From Actinomycetota bacterium (lineage in GTDB: Bacteria; Actinomycetota; Actinomycetes; Mycobacteriales; SCTD01), in the NCBI GenBank assembly GCA_046723735.1, contig JBKOVB010000032.1, positions 11,854-75,853 of the forward strand: 64,000 nt of DNA, in the 5' to 3' direction. The position numbers and the translations under genes were made by a program. The notes below the pieces were generated by a model. It saw nothing but the letters and a program-made list of their open reading frames with translations, ran no database searches and was not told where the DNA came from. Shown here piece after piece: positions 31,975 to 42,683 of the stretch (within the stretch, counting starts at the first letter, position 1; the number at the start of each line of letters is the position of its first letter).

Positions 31975-32346
31975 TCAGCTGACGCCGAGCAGGTCGACCA
32001 CGAAGACGAGCGTTTCCCCGGGCTTGATCACGCCGCCCGCACCGCGTGCGCCGTAGCCCAGGTGCGGCGGGATGGTGAGGCGGCGCCGGCCACCGACCTT
32101 CATGCCCGCGACGCCCTGGTCCCAGCCCTGGATGACCATGCCGGCGCCGAGCGCGAACGTGAAGGGCTCCCCGCGGTCCCAGCTGGCGTCGAACTGCTTG
32201 CCGGTGGACCACGCGTGCCCGACGTACTGCATGGTGCAGCGGGTGCCGGGGACGGCCTCCTTGCCCTCCCCCACCGTGAGGTCCTCGACCAGGAGGTCGG
32301 CGGGTGGCGGGCCGTCGGGGATCGTGATCTCAGGCTTGCTGGTCAT
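31975..32346 (-). CDS. FKBP-type peptidyl-prolyl isomerase (cytoplasmic)
   Basis: FDASW, VIQGWD, GGRRRL.IPP..GYG and LVFVVDL motifs. Confidence 0.95.
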   Translation of the reverse strand: MTSKPEITIPDGPPPADLLVEDLTVGEGKEAVPGTRCTMQYVGHAWSTGKQFDASWDRGEPFTFALGAGMVIQGWDQGVAGMKVGGRRRLTIPPHLGYGARGAGGVIKPGETLVFVVDLLGVS

Positions 32347-32358
32347 GCGACCAGGCTG

Positions 32359-33717
32359 TCACATCGACGCGATCAGCTTGTCCACCCGGTCGTCGACGGC
32401 CCGGAAAGGGTCCTTGCACAGCACGGTGCGCTGGGCCTGGTCGTTGAGCTTGAGGTGCACCCAGTCGACGGTGAAGTCGCGGCGCTTCTCCTGCGCGCGG
32501 GCGATGAACTCGCCCCGCAGCCGCGCCCGGGTGGTCTGGGGCGGGACGGACTTGGCCTCGAAGACCGCGAGGTCGGTGGACGCGCGGTCGACCAGGCCTT
32601 TGCGCTCCAGCAGGTAGTAGAGCCCGCGGTTGCGGTTGATGTCGTGGTAGGCCAGGTCGAGCTGGGCCACCCGGGGCGAGGCGAGCGGCAGGTCGTGCTT
32701 GGTGCGGTAGCGCTCGATGAGCTGGTGCTTGATGACCCAGTCGACCTCGCGCTCGACCAGGGTGAGGTCCCCGGTCTCGATCGCGGTGAGGGTGCGGTCC
32801 CACAGGTCCATGACGCGCGCGGAGGTCTCGTCGGCGCCGCGCCGGTTGACGAACTCCTGGGCCCGGCTGAAGTACTCGCGCTGGATCTCCAGCGCGCTGG
32901 CCTCCCGGCCGTTGGCAAGCTTGACCTTGCGCTGTCCCGTGATGTCGTGGCTGATCTCGCGGATGGCTCGGATCGGGTTCTCGAGCGTGAGGTCGCGCAT
33001 GATCACGCCCGCCTCGATCATGCGCAGCACGATGTCGGTGCTGCCCACCTTGAGCAGCGTCGTCGTCTCGCTCATGTTGCTGTCGCCGACGATGACGTGC
33101 AGCCGTCGGAACCGCTCCGCGTCGGCGTGCGGCTCGTCGCGGGTGTTGATGATGGGGCGGCTGCGCGTCGTGGCGGACGACACGCCCTCCCAGATGTGCT
33201 CGGCCCGCTGGCTGACGCAGAAGACCGCGCCGCGCGGGGTCTGGAGCACCTTGCCGGCGCCGCAGATGAGTTGCCGGCTGACCAGGAACGGGATCAGCAC
33301 GTCGGCGAGCCGGGTGAACTCGCCGTGCCTGCCGACCAGGTAGTTCTCGTGGCAGCCGTAGGAGTTGCCGGCGGAGTCGGTGTTGTTCTTGAACAGGTAG
33401 ATGTCGCCGGCGATGCCCTCTTCGCGCAGACGCCTCTCGGCGTCGACGAGCAGGCCCTCCAGGATCCGCTCCCCCGCCTTGTCATGGGTGACGAGGTCGC
33501 GGACGTTGTCGCACTCGGGCGTGGCGTACTCGGGGTGACTGCCGACGTCGAGGTAGAGCCGCGCCCCGTTGCGGAGGAAGACGTTCGAGCTGCGGCCCCA
33601 GCTCACCACGCGGCGGAACAGGTAGCGGGCCACTTCGTCGGGGCTCAGCCGGCGCTGGCCCCGGAACGTGCACGTGACGCCGTACTCGTTCTCGATCCCG
33701 TAGATCCGGCGGTCCAT
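32359..33717 (-). CDS. pafA: Pup--protein ligase
   Basis: [24 protein letters not shown] and DWVHLKLND motifs. Confidence 0.98.
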   Translation of the reverse strand: MDRRIYGIENEYGVTCTFRGQRRLSPDEVARYLFRRVVSWGRSSNVFLRNGARLYLDVGSHPEYATPECDNVRDLVTHDKAGERILEGLLVDAERRLREEGIAGDIYLFKNNTDSAGNSYGCHENYLVGRHGEFTRLADVLIPFLVSRQLICGAGKVLQTPRGAVFCVSQRAEHIWEGVSSATTRSRPIINTRDEPHADAERFRRLHVIVGDSNMSETTTLLKVGSTDIVLRMIEAGVIMRDLTLENPIRAIREISHDITGQRKVKLANGREASALEIQREYFSRAQEFVNRRGADETSARVMDLWDRTLTAIETGDLTLVEREVDWVIKHQLIERYRTKHDLPLASPRVAQLDLAYHDINRNRGLYYLLERKGLVDRASTDLAVFEAKSVPPQTTRARLRGEFIARAQEKRRDFTVDWVHLKLNDQAQRTVLCKDPFRAVDDRVDKLIASM

Positions 33718-33766
33718 GACCACACCCTGTCACCTGGGAGGCAGGTCCGTCGCCCCAACAGGGTGA

Positions 33767-33961
33767 TCAGACCCCGGCACGCCGCCAGCCGTGCTGCACC
33801 AGCGCCTCCTGCAGCGCCAGGCCTGCGGCCCGGCGCTCTTCGGTGAGGCGCTCCAGCTGGGCGAGGTCGTGGTTGCCGCGCTCCTGGAAGTTCTCCAGTC
33901 GGTTGGTCGCCGTGACGAACAGTCGCATCGAGTCGATGAGCCGGTCGTCGATCAGAAGCAC
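33767..33961 (-). CDS. Small helical hypothetical protein (64 aa)
   Basis: GAGGGGAG RBS before GTG 33961; GC3-biased; fills the FKBP-pafA gap. Confidence 0.6.
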   Translation of the reverse strand: MLLIDDRLIDSMRLFVTATNRLENFQERGNHDLAQLERLTEERRAAGLALQEALVQHGWRRAGV

Positions 33962-34057
33962 TGCGGGCTCCCCTCGTCGGTCCTTCCGAGTTCGGCCGCA
34001 CGGTCCTGCTGGCTTAAGCCGTTCGGGCGATGTCACCCGGGCGGCCTACTGGTCCGG

Positions 34058-34576
34058 TCAGCCCACCTTCACGAGGTCGACCACGAAGATCAGGGTCGCG
34101 TTGGGCGGGATCGGACCCGTGCCGCTCTCGCCGTAGCCGTCCTTCGCGGGGATGACGATCATTCGGCGGCCGCCCTCGCGCATGCCTTCGACGCCCTTGC
34201 TGAAGCCGGGGATCACGTTGCCCCCGATCTGGAACTTCAGCGTGTCCGTGGCCCCGCGGCTCCAGCTCGAGTCGAACTCGGTGCCGTTGGAGTGCAGCAC
34301 TCCGACGTACTTCACCTCGACGTCGTCGCCGCTCTTGGCCTCCTTGCCGGTGCCGCAGACGATGTCGTAGGTCGTCGTCTCGGTCGGTGCGGGGGGCCGT
34401 GGCGACGGGACCACCGGCTTCGTGGCCAGGTCCTTCGTGCCGGTGCCTGTCGGGGTGCAGGTGGCGCCCGGGGCGGTCGGCGACGGCGACGACCCGGCCT
34501 TGTTGCCCGTGCCGCCCCCGCACCCGGCGAGAAGCAGGACGAGAGGTACGGCGAGAAGCAGGCCGCGAGCCCTCAC
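34058..34576 (-). CDS. FKBP-type peptidyl-prolyl isomerase lipoprotein
   Basis: Lipobox LAGC; FDSSW, VIPGF and GYG motifs. Confidence 0.92.
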   Translation of the reverse strand: MRARGLLLAVPLVLLLAGCGGGTGNKAGSSPSPTAPGATCTPTGTGTKDLATKPVVPSPRPPAPTETTTYDIVCGTGKEAKSGDDVEVKYVGVLHSNGTEFDSSWSRGATDTLKFQIGGNVIPGFSKGVEGMREGGRRMIVIPAKDGYGESGTGPIPPNATLIFVVDLVKVG

Positions 34577-35274
34577 GTGCTGCCGCCCAGGATCGTGGTG
34601 AGGCGGTCGGTGGTGAGGCGCCGGAACGCGCGGCGGGGGCGGGTGCGGTCGAGGACGGCCGCCTCGAGGGCGGACGGCTCGATGGCGCGGGACTCCCCGC
34701 CCTCGGCCGGCGCGCCGAGGGCCTTGACCGCCAGGCGGAGCGCGTCCTCGAGGCCCGCCGAGCCGTCGTGCTCGTCGTTGAGCACCACGGCGATCGGGTC
34801 GGCGTTGCCGCCCATGACGACGAACGCGTGCTCCTCCGCCACCGAGCCGTCGTAGGTGAGGCGGTAGAGCTGGTCGTCACCCACGCCGTCGCCGACCTCG
34901 GCGACGGTGAGCTCGACCTCGTAGGGCTTGCCCGACTCGGTGAAGATCGTGCCGAGCGTCTGCGCGTAGGCGTTCGCGAGGCCGCGACTGGTGACGTCGG
35001 AGCGGTCGTACTGGTAGCCCCGCAGGTCGGCGTAGCGGACACCGGCCAGGCGGAGGTTCTCGAACTCGTTGTACTTGCCCACCGCGGCGAAGGCGATGCG
35101 GTCGTAGATCTCCGAGATCTTGTGCAGCGCCTTGGAGGGGTTCTCGCCGCAGAACAGGATCCCGTCGGCGTAGGTCATGACGAGCACGGAGCGACCGCGG
35201 GCGATGCCCTTGCGGGCGTAGTCGCTCTTGTCCCGCATGATCTGCTCGGGACTGACGTAGAACGGCGTGCTCAC
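34573..35274 (-). CDS. prcA: 20S proteasome alpha subunit
   Basis: [22 protein letters not shown] and KISEIYDRI motifs; GTG start at 35274. Confidence 0.97.
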   Translation of the reverse strand: MSTPFYVSPEQIMRDKSDYARKGIARGRSVLVMTYADGILFCGENPSKALHKISEIYDRIAFAAVGKYNEFENLRLAGVRYADLRGYQYDRSDVTSRGLANAYAQTLGTIFTESGKPYEVELTVAEVGDGVGDDQLYRLTYDGSVAEEHAFVVMGGNADPIAVVLNDEHDGSAGLEDALRLAVKALGAPAEGGESRAIEPSALEAAVLDRTRPRRAFRRLTTDRLTTILGGST

Positions 35275-35279
35275 GGTGC

Positions 35280-36101
35280 TCAGCCTCCGGGGTTGGTCAT
35301 GCGGGCGTCGACGACGCGCTGGACGACGGTGGCCATCTCGTCCTCGGAGAGCCGGTGCAGCCCGTCGGACGACACGGTCATCACCACGGGCCAGATCTTG
35401 CGGGTGAGGTCGGGGCCGCCCGTGGCGGAGTCGTCGTCCGCGGCGTCGTAGAGCGCGTCGACGACCAGCTCGACCGCCTCGTCCTGGGTGACGTCGTCCC
35501 GATAGCGCTTCTTCAGCGCGCCCCTGGCGAAGACCGAGCCGGAGCCGACCGCGTGGAAGCCGTGCTCCTCGTAGCGCCCGCCGGTCACGTCGTAGCTGAA
35601 GATGCGGCCCTTGCCGTCGTCGGGGTCCCAGCCGGCGAACATCGGTACGACGGCGAGGCCCTGCATCGCCAGACCGAGGTTGTTGCGGATCATGGTGGCG
35701 AGCCGGTTCGCCTTGCCCTCCAGGGACAGCGTGCTGCCCTCGAGCTTCTCGTAGTGCTCGAGCTCGACCTGGAACAACCGGACGATCTCGATCGCGATGC
35801 CGGCGGTGCCGGCGATGCCCACGCAGGACAGGTCGTCGGCCGGGAACACCTTCTCGATATCGCGCTGGGCGATGATGTTGCCCATCGTGGCGCGACGGTC
35901 GCCGGCCATCACCACCCCGCCGCTGTGCACCACCGCCACGATCGTCGTGCCGTGCGGGGCCTGCACGAGGCCGTCCGGCAGGGCGCGGCGCGACGGCAGC
36001 AGGTCCGGGGCCGCGAGGCTCAGGAAGTCGGTGAAGCTGCTGCTCCCCGGCGCGGTGAAATGAGCTGGTAGACGCCCGGTGAGACCAAGGTCCTCTGCCA
36101 C
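35280..36101 (-). CDS. prcB: 20S proteasome beta subunit (with propeptide)
   Basis: GSSSFTDFL propeptide, PHG|TT processing site, AGDRRAT and VGSGS; GAGAGGA RBS then GTG 36101, both inside the upstream endonuclease gene. Confidence 0.97.
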   Translation of the reverse strand: MAEDLGLTGRLPAHFTAPGSSSFTDFLSLAAPDLLPSRRALPDGLVQAPHGTTIVAVVHSGGVVMAGDRRATMGNIIAQRDIEKVFPADDLSCVGIAGTAGIAIEIVRLFQVELEHYEKLEGSTLSLEGKANRLATMIRNNLGLAMQGLAVVPMFAGWDPDDGKGRIFSYDVTGGRYEEHGFHAVGSGSVFARGALKKRYRDDVTQDEAVELVVDALYDAADDDSATGGPDLTRKIWPVVMTVSSDGLHRLSEDEMATVVQRVVDARMTNPGG

Positions 36102-36640
36102 GTCGTCCTCTCGAGGTAGTCGATCGCCTTGCGGAAGATCGCGACGTCGTCCTTGAGCTGGCCCAGTGCGACGTTGCAGGTGAAGCAAAGCACTCCACGG
36201 ATCTTGCCACTCAGGTGGTCGTGATCGACGTGGTCGGCAGAGTTGCGCTCGCAGATGGCGCAGACGCCGCCTTGCCCAGACACCAGGTCCTGAAGGTCGG
36301 ATGCTGTAAGGCCGTAGGTGCGCCGGAGATAGCGGTCGGCCTCTTTTGTCTTGCGGCACTGCTTGCAATAGGTGTTGTAGCCGCCTGCCTGGGCCTTTTG
36401 CCTGTGAAACTCATCAATCGACTTGGTCTCGCGGCAGCACGAGCAACGCTTCAAGCCGTCAGGGCTGCGATCCTTCTCTCTCACGCTCAGCCCCAGTCGC
36501 TCCCGCTTTGCCTTGTAGTAGCTGCGATTCCTCATGCGATTGCAGGGCAAGCAGCAGCGCGACAGACCGTCAGGCAGCCCCTTGTTCCTACCGAAGGCCG
36601 AAGTAGGAAGTTCGGTCGAACAACCCGGGCATTTCTTCAA
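36020..36640 (-). CDS. Endonuclease VII-family (His-Me finger) nuclease with two N-terminal Cys4 zinc-finger-like repeats; putative free-standing homing endonuclease
   Basis: YGLT...QGGVCAIC...[22 protein letters not shown]; repeats KKCPGC..F...DG...CLPC and KRCSCC..F...GG...CKQC; lower GC; GGAG before TTG 36640 (alternative start 36652). Confidence 0.88.
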   Translation of the reverse strand: MKKCPGCSTELPTSAFGRNKGLPDGLSRCCLPCNRMRNRSYYKAKRERLGLSVREKDRSPDGLKRCSCCRETKSIDEFHRQKAQAGGYNTYCKQCRKTKEADRYLRRTYGLTASDLQDLVSGQGGVCAICERNSADHVDHDHLSGKIRGVLCFTCNVALGQLKDDVAIFRKAIDYLERTTWQRTLVSPGVYQLISPRRGAAASPTS

Positions 36641-36678
36641 TATGTTCTCCAAAAGGAAAAGAAATGCGCCCGGAAAAG

Positions 36679-36885
36679 CTACTGCCCCCCCTTTTGCACG
36701 TATGAACGCACAAACTCCTCCGCGTTCGTCTCTAATACGTCGTCAATTTCGTCGAGCAGGTCGTCGACCTCGTCGGTCAGCTTCTCGACGCGGTCGTGGA
36801 CGTCGGTCTCGGTCTCCTCGACCTCGGCGACGTCCTCGCTCGTCCTGCCGACGCGCTCCTGGCCGCCGTTGTCCTTGCCTGCCAT
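36679..36885 (-). CDS. pup: Prokaryotic ubiquitin-like protein Pup (C-terminal GGQ)
   Basis: [37 protein letters not shown]. Confidence 0.98.
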   Translation of the reverse strand: MAGKDNGGQERVGRTSEDVAEVEETETDVHDRVEKLTDEVDDLLDEIDDVLETNAEEFVRSYVQKGGQ

Positions 36886-36974
36886 CACCGTCTCCTCGAG
36901 AGTCGACCTCAGAGACGAACCTATCCCGTGGGTCCGTCACTCACCCATCGGCGCCAGCAACTGCTGTTGAACGG

Positions 36975-38507
36975 TTACCGACGCCCAGCGAGCCCCTCGA
37001 GCAGGTCGAGGGCGGTCTCGCTGCGGTCGAACAGGCCGCCCACGTGCGCCTTGGTCCCTCGCAGCGGCTCGAGCGTGGGCACGCGCTGGAGCGACTCGCG
37101 CCCCACGTCGAAGATGACGGAGTCCCAGGAGGCTGCAGCGACCTGGCCGGGGAACTGCCGCAGGCACCTGCCCCGGAAGTAGGCCCGGGTGTCCTCGGGC
37201 GGGTTGGTGACGGCGGCCTGGACCTCCTCCTCCGTGACCAGCGTCTGCATCGAGCCCCGGGCGACCAGCCGGTTGTAGAGGCCCTTGTCCCGTCGTACGT
37301 CTGCGTACTGCAGGTCGACGAGGTGCAGCTTCGGCGCGTCCCAGTCGAGCCCCTCGCGCTGCCGATAGCCCTCGAGGATCGAGAGCTTGGCGACCCAGTC
37401 CAGCTCCTGCGACAGCGACATCGGGTCGGCGGCGAGGCGGTCCAGAGTGGACTCCCAACGACGCAGGACATCGGCCGTGTCGGCGTCCACGTCGGGGCCG
37501 AGCCGGTCCTCGACGTGCTTGCGCGCCTGCTCGCAGTACTCCATCTGCAGCTGCAGGCCCGTCATCTTCCGCCCGTCGCGCAGCGTGACGAGGTGCTTGA
37601 GCGACGGGTCGTGCGAGATGGCCCGCAGCGCCCCGACGGGGTTCTCGAGCCCCAGCTCGATGCCGTTCTGCCGCAGCCAGCCGTCCTCGACCATGGCCAG
37701 CACGAGCGCGGTCGTGCCGACCTTGAGGTAGGTCGAGATCTCGCTCAGGTTGGCGTCACCGATGATGACGTGCAGCCGGCGGTACTTCTCCGGGTCGGCA
37801 TGCGGCTCGTCGCGGGTGTTGATGATGGGCCGCTTGAGCGTGGTCTCGAGTCCGACCTCGACCTCGAAGTAGTCGGCGCGCTGGCTGATCTGGAAGCCGT
37901 GCTCGCGCCCGTCCTGCCCGAGCCCGACCCGGCCGGCGCCGACGACCACCTGCCGCGAGACGAAGAAGGGCGTGAGGTGCCGGACGATCTCGGCGAACGG
38001 CGTCTGCCGCGCCATGAGGTAGTTCTCGTGGGCGCCGTACGACGCCCCCTTGTTGTCGGTGTTGTTCTTGTACAGCTGGATCGGCGCGGTGCCAGGCAGC
38101 TGCAGCGCCCGCTGCGCGGCGGTCTCCATGACCCGCTCCCCCGCCTTGTCCCAGATGACGAGGTCGCGGGGGTTGGTCACCTCGGGGGTGGAGTACTCGG
38201 GGTGCGCGTGGTCGACGTACAGCCGCGCGCCGTTGGTGAGGATGACGTTCGCCAGGCCGAGGTCGTCCTCCGGCTCGCCGGGCAGGTGGTCGGACAGCCC
38301 GACGCCCACCTCGAAGCCGCGCGCGTCGCGGAGCGGGTTCTCCTCCTCGAAGTCCCAGCGCGTACGGCGGTCCCGCGGGCCCTCGGCCAGCACACCGGCG
38401 TAGCCGTTGACGACCTGGCTCGACGCCACCATGTGGTTGACGCCGGCGTGACCGGGCGTGGAGACGCCGTACTCCGTCTCGGAGCCCATGACGCGGCGAA
38501 CGCTCAT
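36975..38507 (-). CDS. dop: Pup deamidase/depupylase
   Basis: [29 protein letters not shown] and AASWDS motifs. Confidence 0.97.
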   Translation of the reverse strand: MSVRRVMGSETEYGVSTPGHAGVNHMVASSQVVNGYAGVLAEGPRDRRTRWDFEEENPLRDARGFEVGVGLSDHLPGEPEDDLGLANVILTNGARLYVDHAHPEYSTPEVTNPRDLVIWDKAGERVMETAAQRALQLPGTAPIQLYKNNTDNKGASYGAHENYLMARQTPFAEIVRHLTPFFVSRQVVVGAGRVGLGQDGREHGFQISQRADYFEVEVGLETTLKRPIINTRDEPHADPEKYRRLHVIIGDANLSEISTYLKVGTTALVLAMVEDGWLRQNGIELGLENPVGALRAISHDPSLKHLVTLRDGRKMTGLQLQMEYCEQARKHVEDRLGPDVDADTADVLRRWESTLDRLAADPMSLSQELDWVAKLSILEGYRQREGLDWDAPKLHLVDLQYADVRRDKGLYNRLVARGSMQTLVTEEEVQAAVTNPPEDTRAYFRGRCLRQFPGQVAAASWDSVIFDVGRESLQRVPTLEPLRGTKAHVGGLFDRSETALDLLEGLAGRR

Positions 38508-38561
38508 GGGCTGAGGGTAGAACGCCCTGCCCCCGCGGGTGACCGTTCGGGGCCGTGGGTC

Positions 38562-40310
38562 CTACAGGTACTGGCCAGTGTTCGCGATCGTGTCGATGGA
38601 CTTGCCGGTCTCCGTGCCCTTGGCGCTGGTGACGAGCGTGCGGATGTACACGATCCGCTCGCCCTTCTTCCCGGAGATCCGGGCCCAGTCGTCGGGGTTG
38701 GTGGTGTTGGGCAGGTCCTCGTTCTCCTTGAACTCGTCGATACAGGCCGTGAACAGGTGCTGCATCCGCAGCCCCTTCTGACCCGACTCGAGGAAGTCCT
38801 TGATCGCCATCTTCTTGGCGCGGCCGACGATGTTCTCGATCATCGCGCCGGAGTTGAAGTCCTTGAAGTAAAGGATCTCCTTGTCTCCGCCGGCGTAGGT
38901 GACCTCGAGGAACCTGTTCTCCTCGGCCTCGGTGTAGATGCGCTCCACCACCCCCTGCACCATGGCCGCGACGGTGGCGGCCCGTGACCCGCCGTGCTCG
39001 GCGAGGTCCTCGGGGTGCAGGGGCAGGTCCTCCCGCAGGTACTTGCTGAAGATGTCACGCGCGGCCTCGGCGTCGGGGCGCTCGATCTTGATCTTCACGT
39101 CGAGACGGCCCGGTCGCAGGATGGCCGGGTCGATCATGTCCTCGCGGTTGGACGCGCCGATGACGACGACGTTCTCGAGCGTCTCGACGCCGTCGATCTC
39201 CGACAGCAGCTGCGGGACGATGGTCGTCTCCACATCGCTCGAGACGCCGCTGCCGCGGGTGCGGAAGATGGAGTCCATCTCGTCGAAGAACACGATGACG
39301 GGCGTGCCTTCGGTGGCCTTCTCCCGGGCCCGCTGGAAGATCAGCCGGATGTGGCGCTCGGTCTCCCCGACGTACTTGTTGAGGAGCTCAGGTCCCTTGA
39401 TGTTCAGGAAGAACGCGCGCCCCTCGGGCCTGCCGGTGACCTCGGCGACCTTCTTCGCGAGGCTGTTCGCGACGGCCTTGGCGATGAGCGTCTTGCCGCA
39501 GCCAGGTGGCCCGTAGAGCAGGACGCCCTTGGGCGGCCGGAGCTGGTGCTCCTTGAAGAGGTCCTTGTGCAGGAAGGGCAGCTCGACCGCGTCGCGGATC
39601 GCCTCGATCTGCGGGTTGAGCCCGCCGATGTCCGCGTAGTCGATGTCGGGGACCTCTTCGAGGACGAGCTCCTCGACCTCGCTCTTGGGGATGCGCTCGT
39701 ACACGTAGCTCGAGCGCGGCTCCAGCAGCAGCGCGTCGCCCGACTTCAGGGTCGTCCCGCTCAGACTGTCGGCGAGCTGCACGACCTTCTCGTCGTCGGT
39801 GTGTCCGATGACGAGGGCGCGGCCGCCGTCCAGCAGCTCCTTGAGGGTCACGACCTCGCCGTGCCGCTCGAAGTCCAGGGCCTTCACGACGTTGAGGGCC
39901 TCGTTGAGCATGACCTCCTGGCCCTTGCGCAGGGCGTCCACGTCGACGGCGGGTGACACGGTCACCCGAAGCTTGCGCCCCCCGGTGAAGACGTCGACGG
40001 TGTCCTCGTCGTGGATGCCCAGGAAGATGCCGAAACCGCTCGGCGGCTGGGCGAGTCGCTCGACCTCCTCCTTGAGGGCGACGATCTGGTCGCGGGCCTC
40101 CTTGAGCGTGCTGACGAGCCGCTCGTTCTGGCCGGTGGCCCCTGCCAGGGCGGCCTGCACGTCGGCGAGCCGCTCCTCGAGGGCTCGTACCTGACGTGGC
40201 GAGTCGGCGAGCTTGCGCCGGAGGACGGAGACCTCCTCCTCCAGGAAGCTCACCTGCGCACGGAGATCGGCAGCCTGCCCCTCCGAGCCGGCCCCGTGGG
40301 TGTCGGCCAC
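38562..40310 (-). CDS. arc: Proteasome AAA+ ATPase ARC/Mpa
   Basis: N-terminal coiled coil, [14 protein letters not shown] and C-terminal GQYL; GGAGG RBS before GTG 40310. Confidence 0.97.
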   Translation of the reverse strand: MADTHGAGSEGQAADLRAQVSFLEEEVSVLRRKLADSPRQVRALEERLADVQAALAGATGQNERLVSTLKEARDQIVALKEEVERLAQPPSGFGIFLGIHDEDTVDVFTGGRKLRVTVSPAVDVDALRKGQEVMLNEALNVVKALDFERHGEVVTLKELLDGGRALVIGHTDDEKVVQLADSLSGTTLKSGDALLLEPRSSYVYERIPKSEVEELVLEEVPDIDYADIGGLNPQIEAIRDAVELPFLHKDLFKEHQLRPPKGVLLYGPPGCGKTLIAKAVANSLAKKVAEVTGRPEGRAFFLNIKGPELLNKYVGETERHIRLIFQRAREKATEGTPVIVFFDEMDSIFRTRGSGVSSDVETTIVPQLLSEIDGVETLENVVVIGASNREDMIDPAILRPGRLDVKIKIERPDAEAARDIFSKYLREDLPLHPEDLAEHGGSRAATVAAMVQGVVERIYTEAEENRFLEVTYAGGDKEILYFKDFNSGAMIENIVGRAKKMAIKDFLESGQKGLRMQHLFTACIDEFKENEDLPNTTNPDDWARISGKKGERIVYIRTLVTSAKGTETGKSIDTIANTGQYL

Positions 40311-40442
40311 GTGCCCCACCTCCCCGTCCTGCGTCGGGTCGTGCTGCTGCTCGCATCCTATGTACGTCGAGCCTGCAACCGCTGGATTCTCCATCGGCAA
40401 CTCGCCCGCGATCCCAAGGGGTCGAAGTCGTAATGTGGTGAC

Positions 40443-40751
40443 GTGGCTGACGAGCTCCGCGTCCGGGTCGACCAGGACCTCTGCACCGGCGACGGGCTGT
40501 GCGTGCAGTACGCCCCCCAGGTGTTCGAGTTCGACGTCGACGGCCTGGCCTACGTCAAGGACACGGACGGCGACCTCCAGCTGGCGGCGGGGGCGACCGT
40601 CCCCGTGCCCCCCGACGTCGCCGCCGCGGTGGTCGACTCGGCCATTGAGTGCCCCGGCGAGTGCATCCACGTCACCGACGCCAGCGGCAAGGCCGTGGCC
40701 GGCCCGGAGTTCGTCGGGATGCCGCAGCTGCCGTCCCGGATCTCTGCCTGA
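40443..40751 (+). CDS. Single-cluster ferredoxin
   Basis: [11 protein letters not shown]...ECPGECI (CxxDxxC...CP). Confidence 0.9.
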   Translation: MADELRVRVDQDLCTGDGLCVQYAPQVFEFDVDGLAYVKDTDGDLQLAAGATVPVPPDVAAAVVDSAIECPGECIHVTDASGKAVAGPEFVGMPQLPSRISA

Positions 40752-40761
40752 CCTTTGCTCT

Positions 40762-41679
40762 TCAGCGAGCCGCGGGGGTGCGGCGCGCGCCGGTGCTCAT
40801 GAGGCCCGTGAGGATCTCCTCGGCCAGACCGAGCCCGCCGAGGTGGCTCTCCCCCTCCATCGTGATGAGCGTCGCCTCCGGCAGCCGCTCCACGACGTGC
40901 GCGCCGTGCCGCAGCGGCACGATGTGGTCCGCGTCGCCGTGCCACCACAGCACCGGCACCCTGACGTCCTCGAGGCGGAAGCCCCAGTCCCGGGTGAACA
41001 GGAGCAGGTCGGACAGCGGTGCCGTGAGCTGCTTGCGGCTGCCGTGGACGAGGTCGTCAAGGAACATGGCGCGGAACTCCGGGCGTCCGAGCAGGCGCTT
41101 GTCGCCCTCGGGCTGGAGCACGGCGTACAGGTCGATGGCCGGGCCGGCGAACGGGCGCAGCAGCCGGACGGTCGCGGTCAGCCCGAGGCCGAGCGGCACG
41201 CGCCCGACGGAGAGCAGCGGACGCAGCGCGCTGGCCAGCGCGATCGGGCCCCCACCGACCGCGTCCGGCCCGACGGTCGGCGCGACGCCGCCGATGACGG
41301 CGACGCTCCTGACCCGGTCCGGGAAGGCGGCACCGGCCGCGAGGGCGTAGGGCCCGCCGCCCGACAGGCCGATCACGTGCATCGAACCGATGCCGAGGAC
41401 GTCGGCGAGCAGCTCGAGGTCGGCGGTCCAGTCCATGAGGTCGGCGTAGACGTGCGGTGTGGAGGACCCGATGCCAGGGCGGTCGACGCCGATGATGCGC
41501 AGCCCCGCGCGGTCGGCGAGCGCTCGCGCCTCCACCGGGATCTGACGACGTGCGCCCGGCGTCCCGTGCATCCAGATCACCGGCTGGCCGTACGGCGAGC
41601 CGAACGCAGCGAACCCGAGGCGGCGGCCGCCGCGGACGGCCACGGAGCCCTCGAGCCGCGGGCGCGTGATGTCTGCCAT
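40762..41679 (-). CDS. Alpha/beta hydrolase
   Basis: HGTPG, DRPGIG, GLSGG nucleophile elbow and HGDAD; ATG at 41679. Confidence 0.9.
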   Translation of the reverse strand: MADITRPRLEGSVAVRGGRRLGFAAFGSPYGQPVIWMHGTPGARRQIPVEARALADRAGLRIIGVDRPGIGSSTPHVYADLMDWTADLELLADVLGIGSMHVIGLSGGGPYALAAGAAFPDRVRSVAVIGGVAPTVGPDAVGGGPIALASALRPLLSVGRVPLGLGLTATVRLLRPFAGPAIDLYAVLQPEGDKRLLGRPEFRAMFLDDLVHGSRKQLTAPLSDLLLFTRDWGFRLEDVRVPVLWWHGDADHIVPLRHGAHVVERLPEATLITMEGESHLGGLGLAEEILTGLMSTGARRTPAAR

Positions 41680-41746
41680 ACCTCTACGTTGCCACGCGGT
41701 CGCCCAGCGTGACGACGAGGGCTTGCTTCGGGACCGTCGCGGCAGG

Positions 41747-42673
41747 TCAGGGCAGGGTGGGGCGGAACGGCTCCTTGGGGCGGTCCTCCGTGGCGGCCGG
41801 CTCGGTCGACTCGGCCAGGTTCTCGCCGTACGCGCCCTTGGAGGGACGACGTCGGCGCGGCGGCGGCTCGAACCCGTCCGCGAGCTTGCGTGTGGTGCAG
41901 AGAAAGCCGGTGTGGCCCACCATCCGGTGCTGGGGGCGCACCGCGAGCCCCTCCACGTGCCAGCCACGCGCCATGGTCTCCCAGGCCGCCGGCTCGGTGA
42001 ACGTCCCGTGGTCGCGCATGGCTTCCACGGTGGTGGACAGCTGCGTCGTGGTGGCGACGTAGCAGCACAGGACGCCGCCGGGACGCAGCGCCTTCGAGAC
42101 CGCGTCCAGGCACTCCCAGGGCGCGAGCATGTCGAGGACGACCCGGTCCACGTCGGTGTCGACGAGGCTGTCCTGCAGGGAGCCGACGGTGATGGTCCAG
42201 GCCGGGTGCGGCCCGCCGAAGAACCGCTCGACGTTGTTCCGTGCGATCTCGGCGAAGTCGGCGCGACGCTCGTACGACGACAGCCGGCCGCCCTCGCCCA
42301 CCGCGCGCAGCAGGGACATGGACAGGGCGCCCGACCCGACCCCGGCCTCGACGACGTGCGCGCCCGGGAAGATGTCTGCCATCCCGACGATGTTGGCGCT
42401 GTCCTTGGGGTAGACGACCGCCGCGCCGCGGGGCATCGAGAGCACGTAGTCGGGCAGCAGCGGGCGCAAGGCGAGGTACGTGGTGGCGCCGATCTGGACT
42501 GTGACGCCGTCGGGCCCGCCGAGGAGAGTGTCGTGGTCGAGGATCCCCTTGTGGGTGTGGAACTGCTTGCCCTGCTGGAGGGTGATGGTGTGCATCCGAC
42601 CCTTGGGGTCGGTCAGCTGCACCTGGTCGCCCTCCGCGAGGGGACCACGTCGTCGTACGGCCTCGTAGCTCAC
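41747..42673 (-). CDS. trmI: tRNA (adenine-58-N1)-methyltransferase
   Basis: MPRGAAVVYPKD, EAGVGSG, LDMLAPW and HTGFL motifs. Confidence 0.95.
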   Translation of the reverse strand: MSYEAVRRRGPLAEGDQVQLTDPKGRMHTITLQQGKQFHTHKGILDHDTLLGGPDGVTVQIGATTYLALRPLLPDYVLSMPRGAAVVYPKDSANIVGMADIFPGAHVVEAGVGSGALSMSLLRAVGEGGRLSSYERRADFAEIARNNVERFFGGPHPAWTITVGSLQDSLVDTDVDRVVLDMLAPWECLDAVSKALRPGGVLCCYVATTTQLSTTVEAMRDHGTFTEPAAWETMARGWHVEGLAVRPQHRMVGHTGFLCTTRKLADGFEPPPRRRRPSKGAYGENLAESTEPAATEDRPKEPFRPTLP

Positions 42674-42683
42674 CGGGACAAGG

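Noticed and set aside
36020..36678. Group I intron or intein hosting the endonuclease
   Set aside because: pup and prcB are both uninterrupted, the spacer is under 40 nt with no room for a ribozyme core, and there are no intein motifs.
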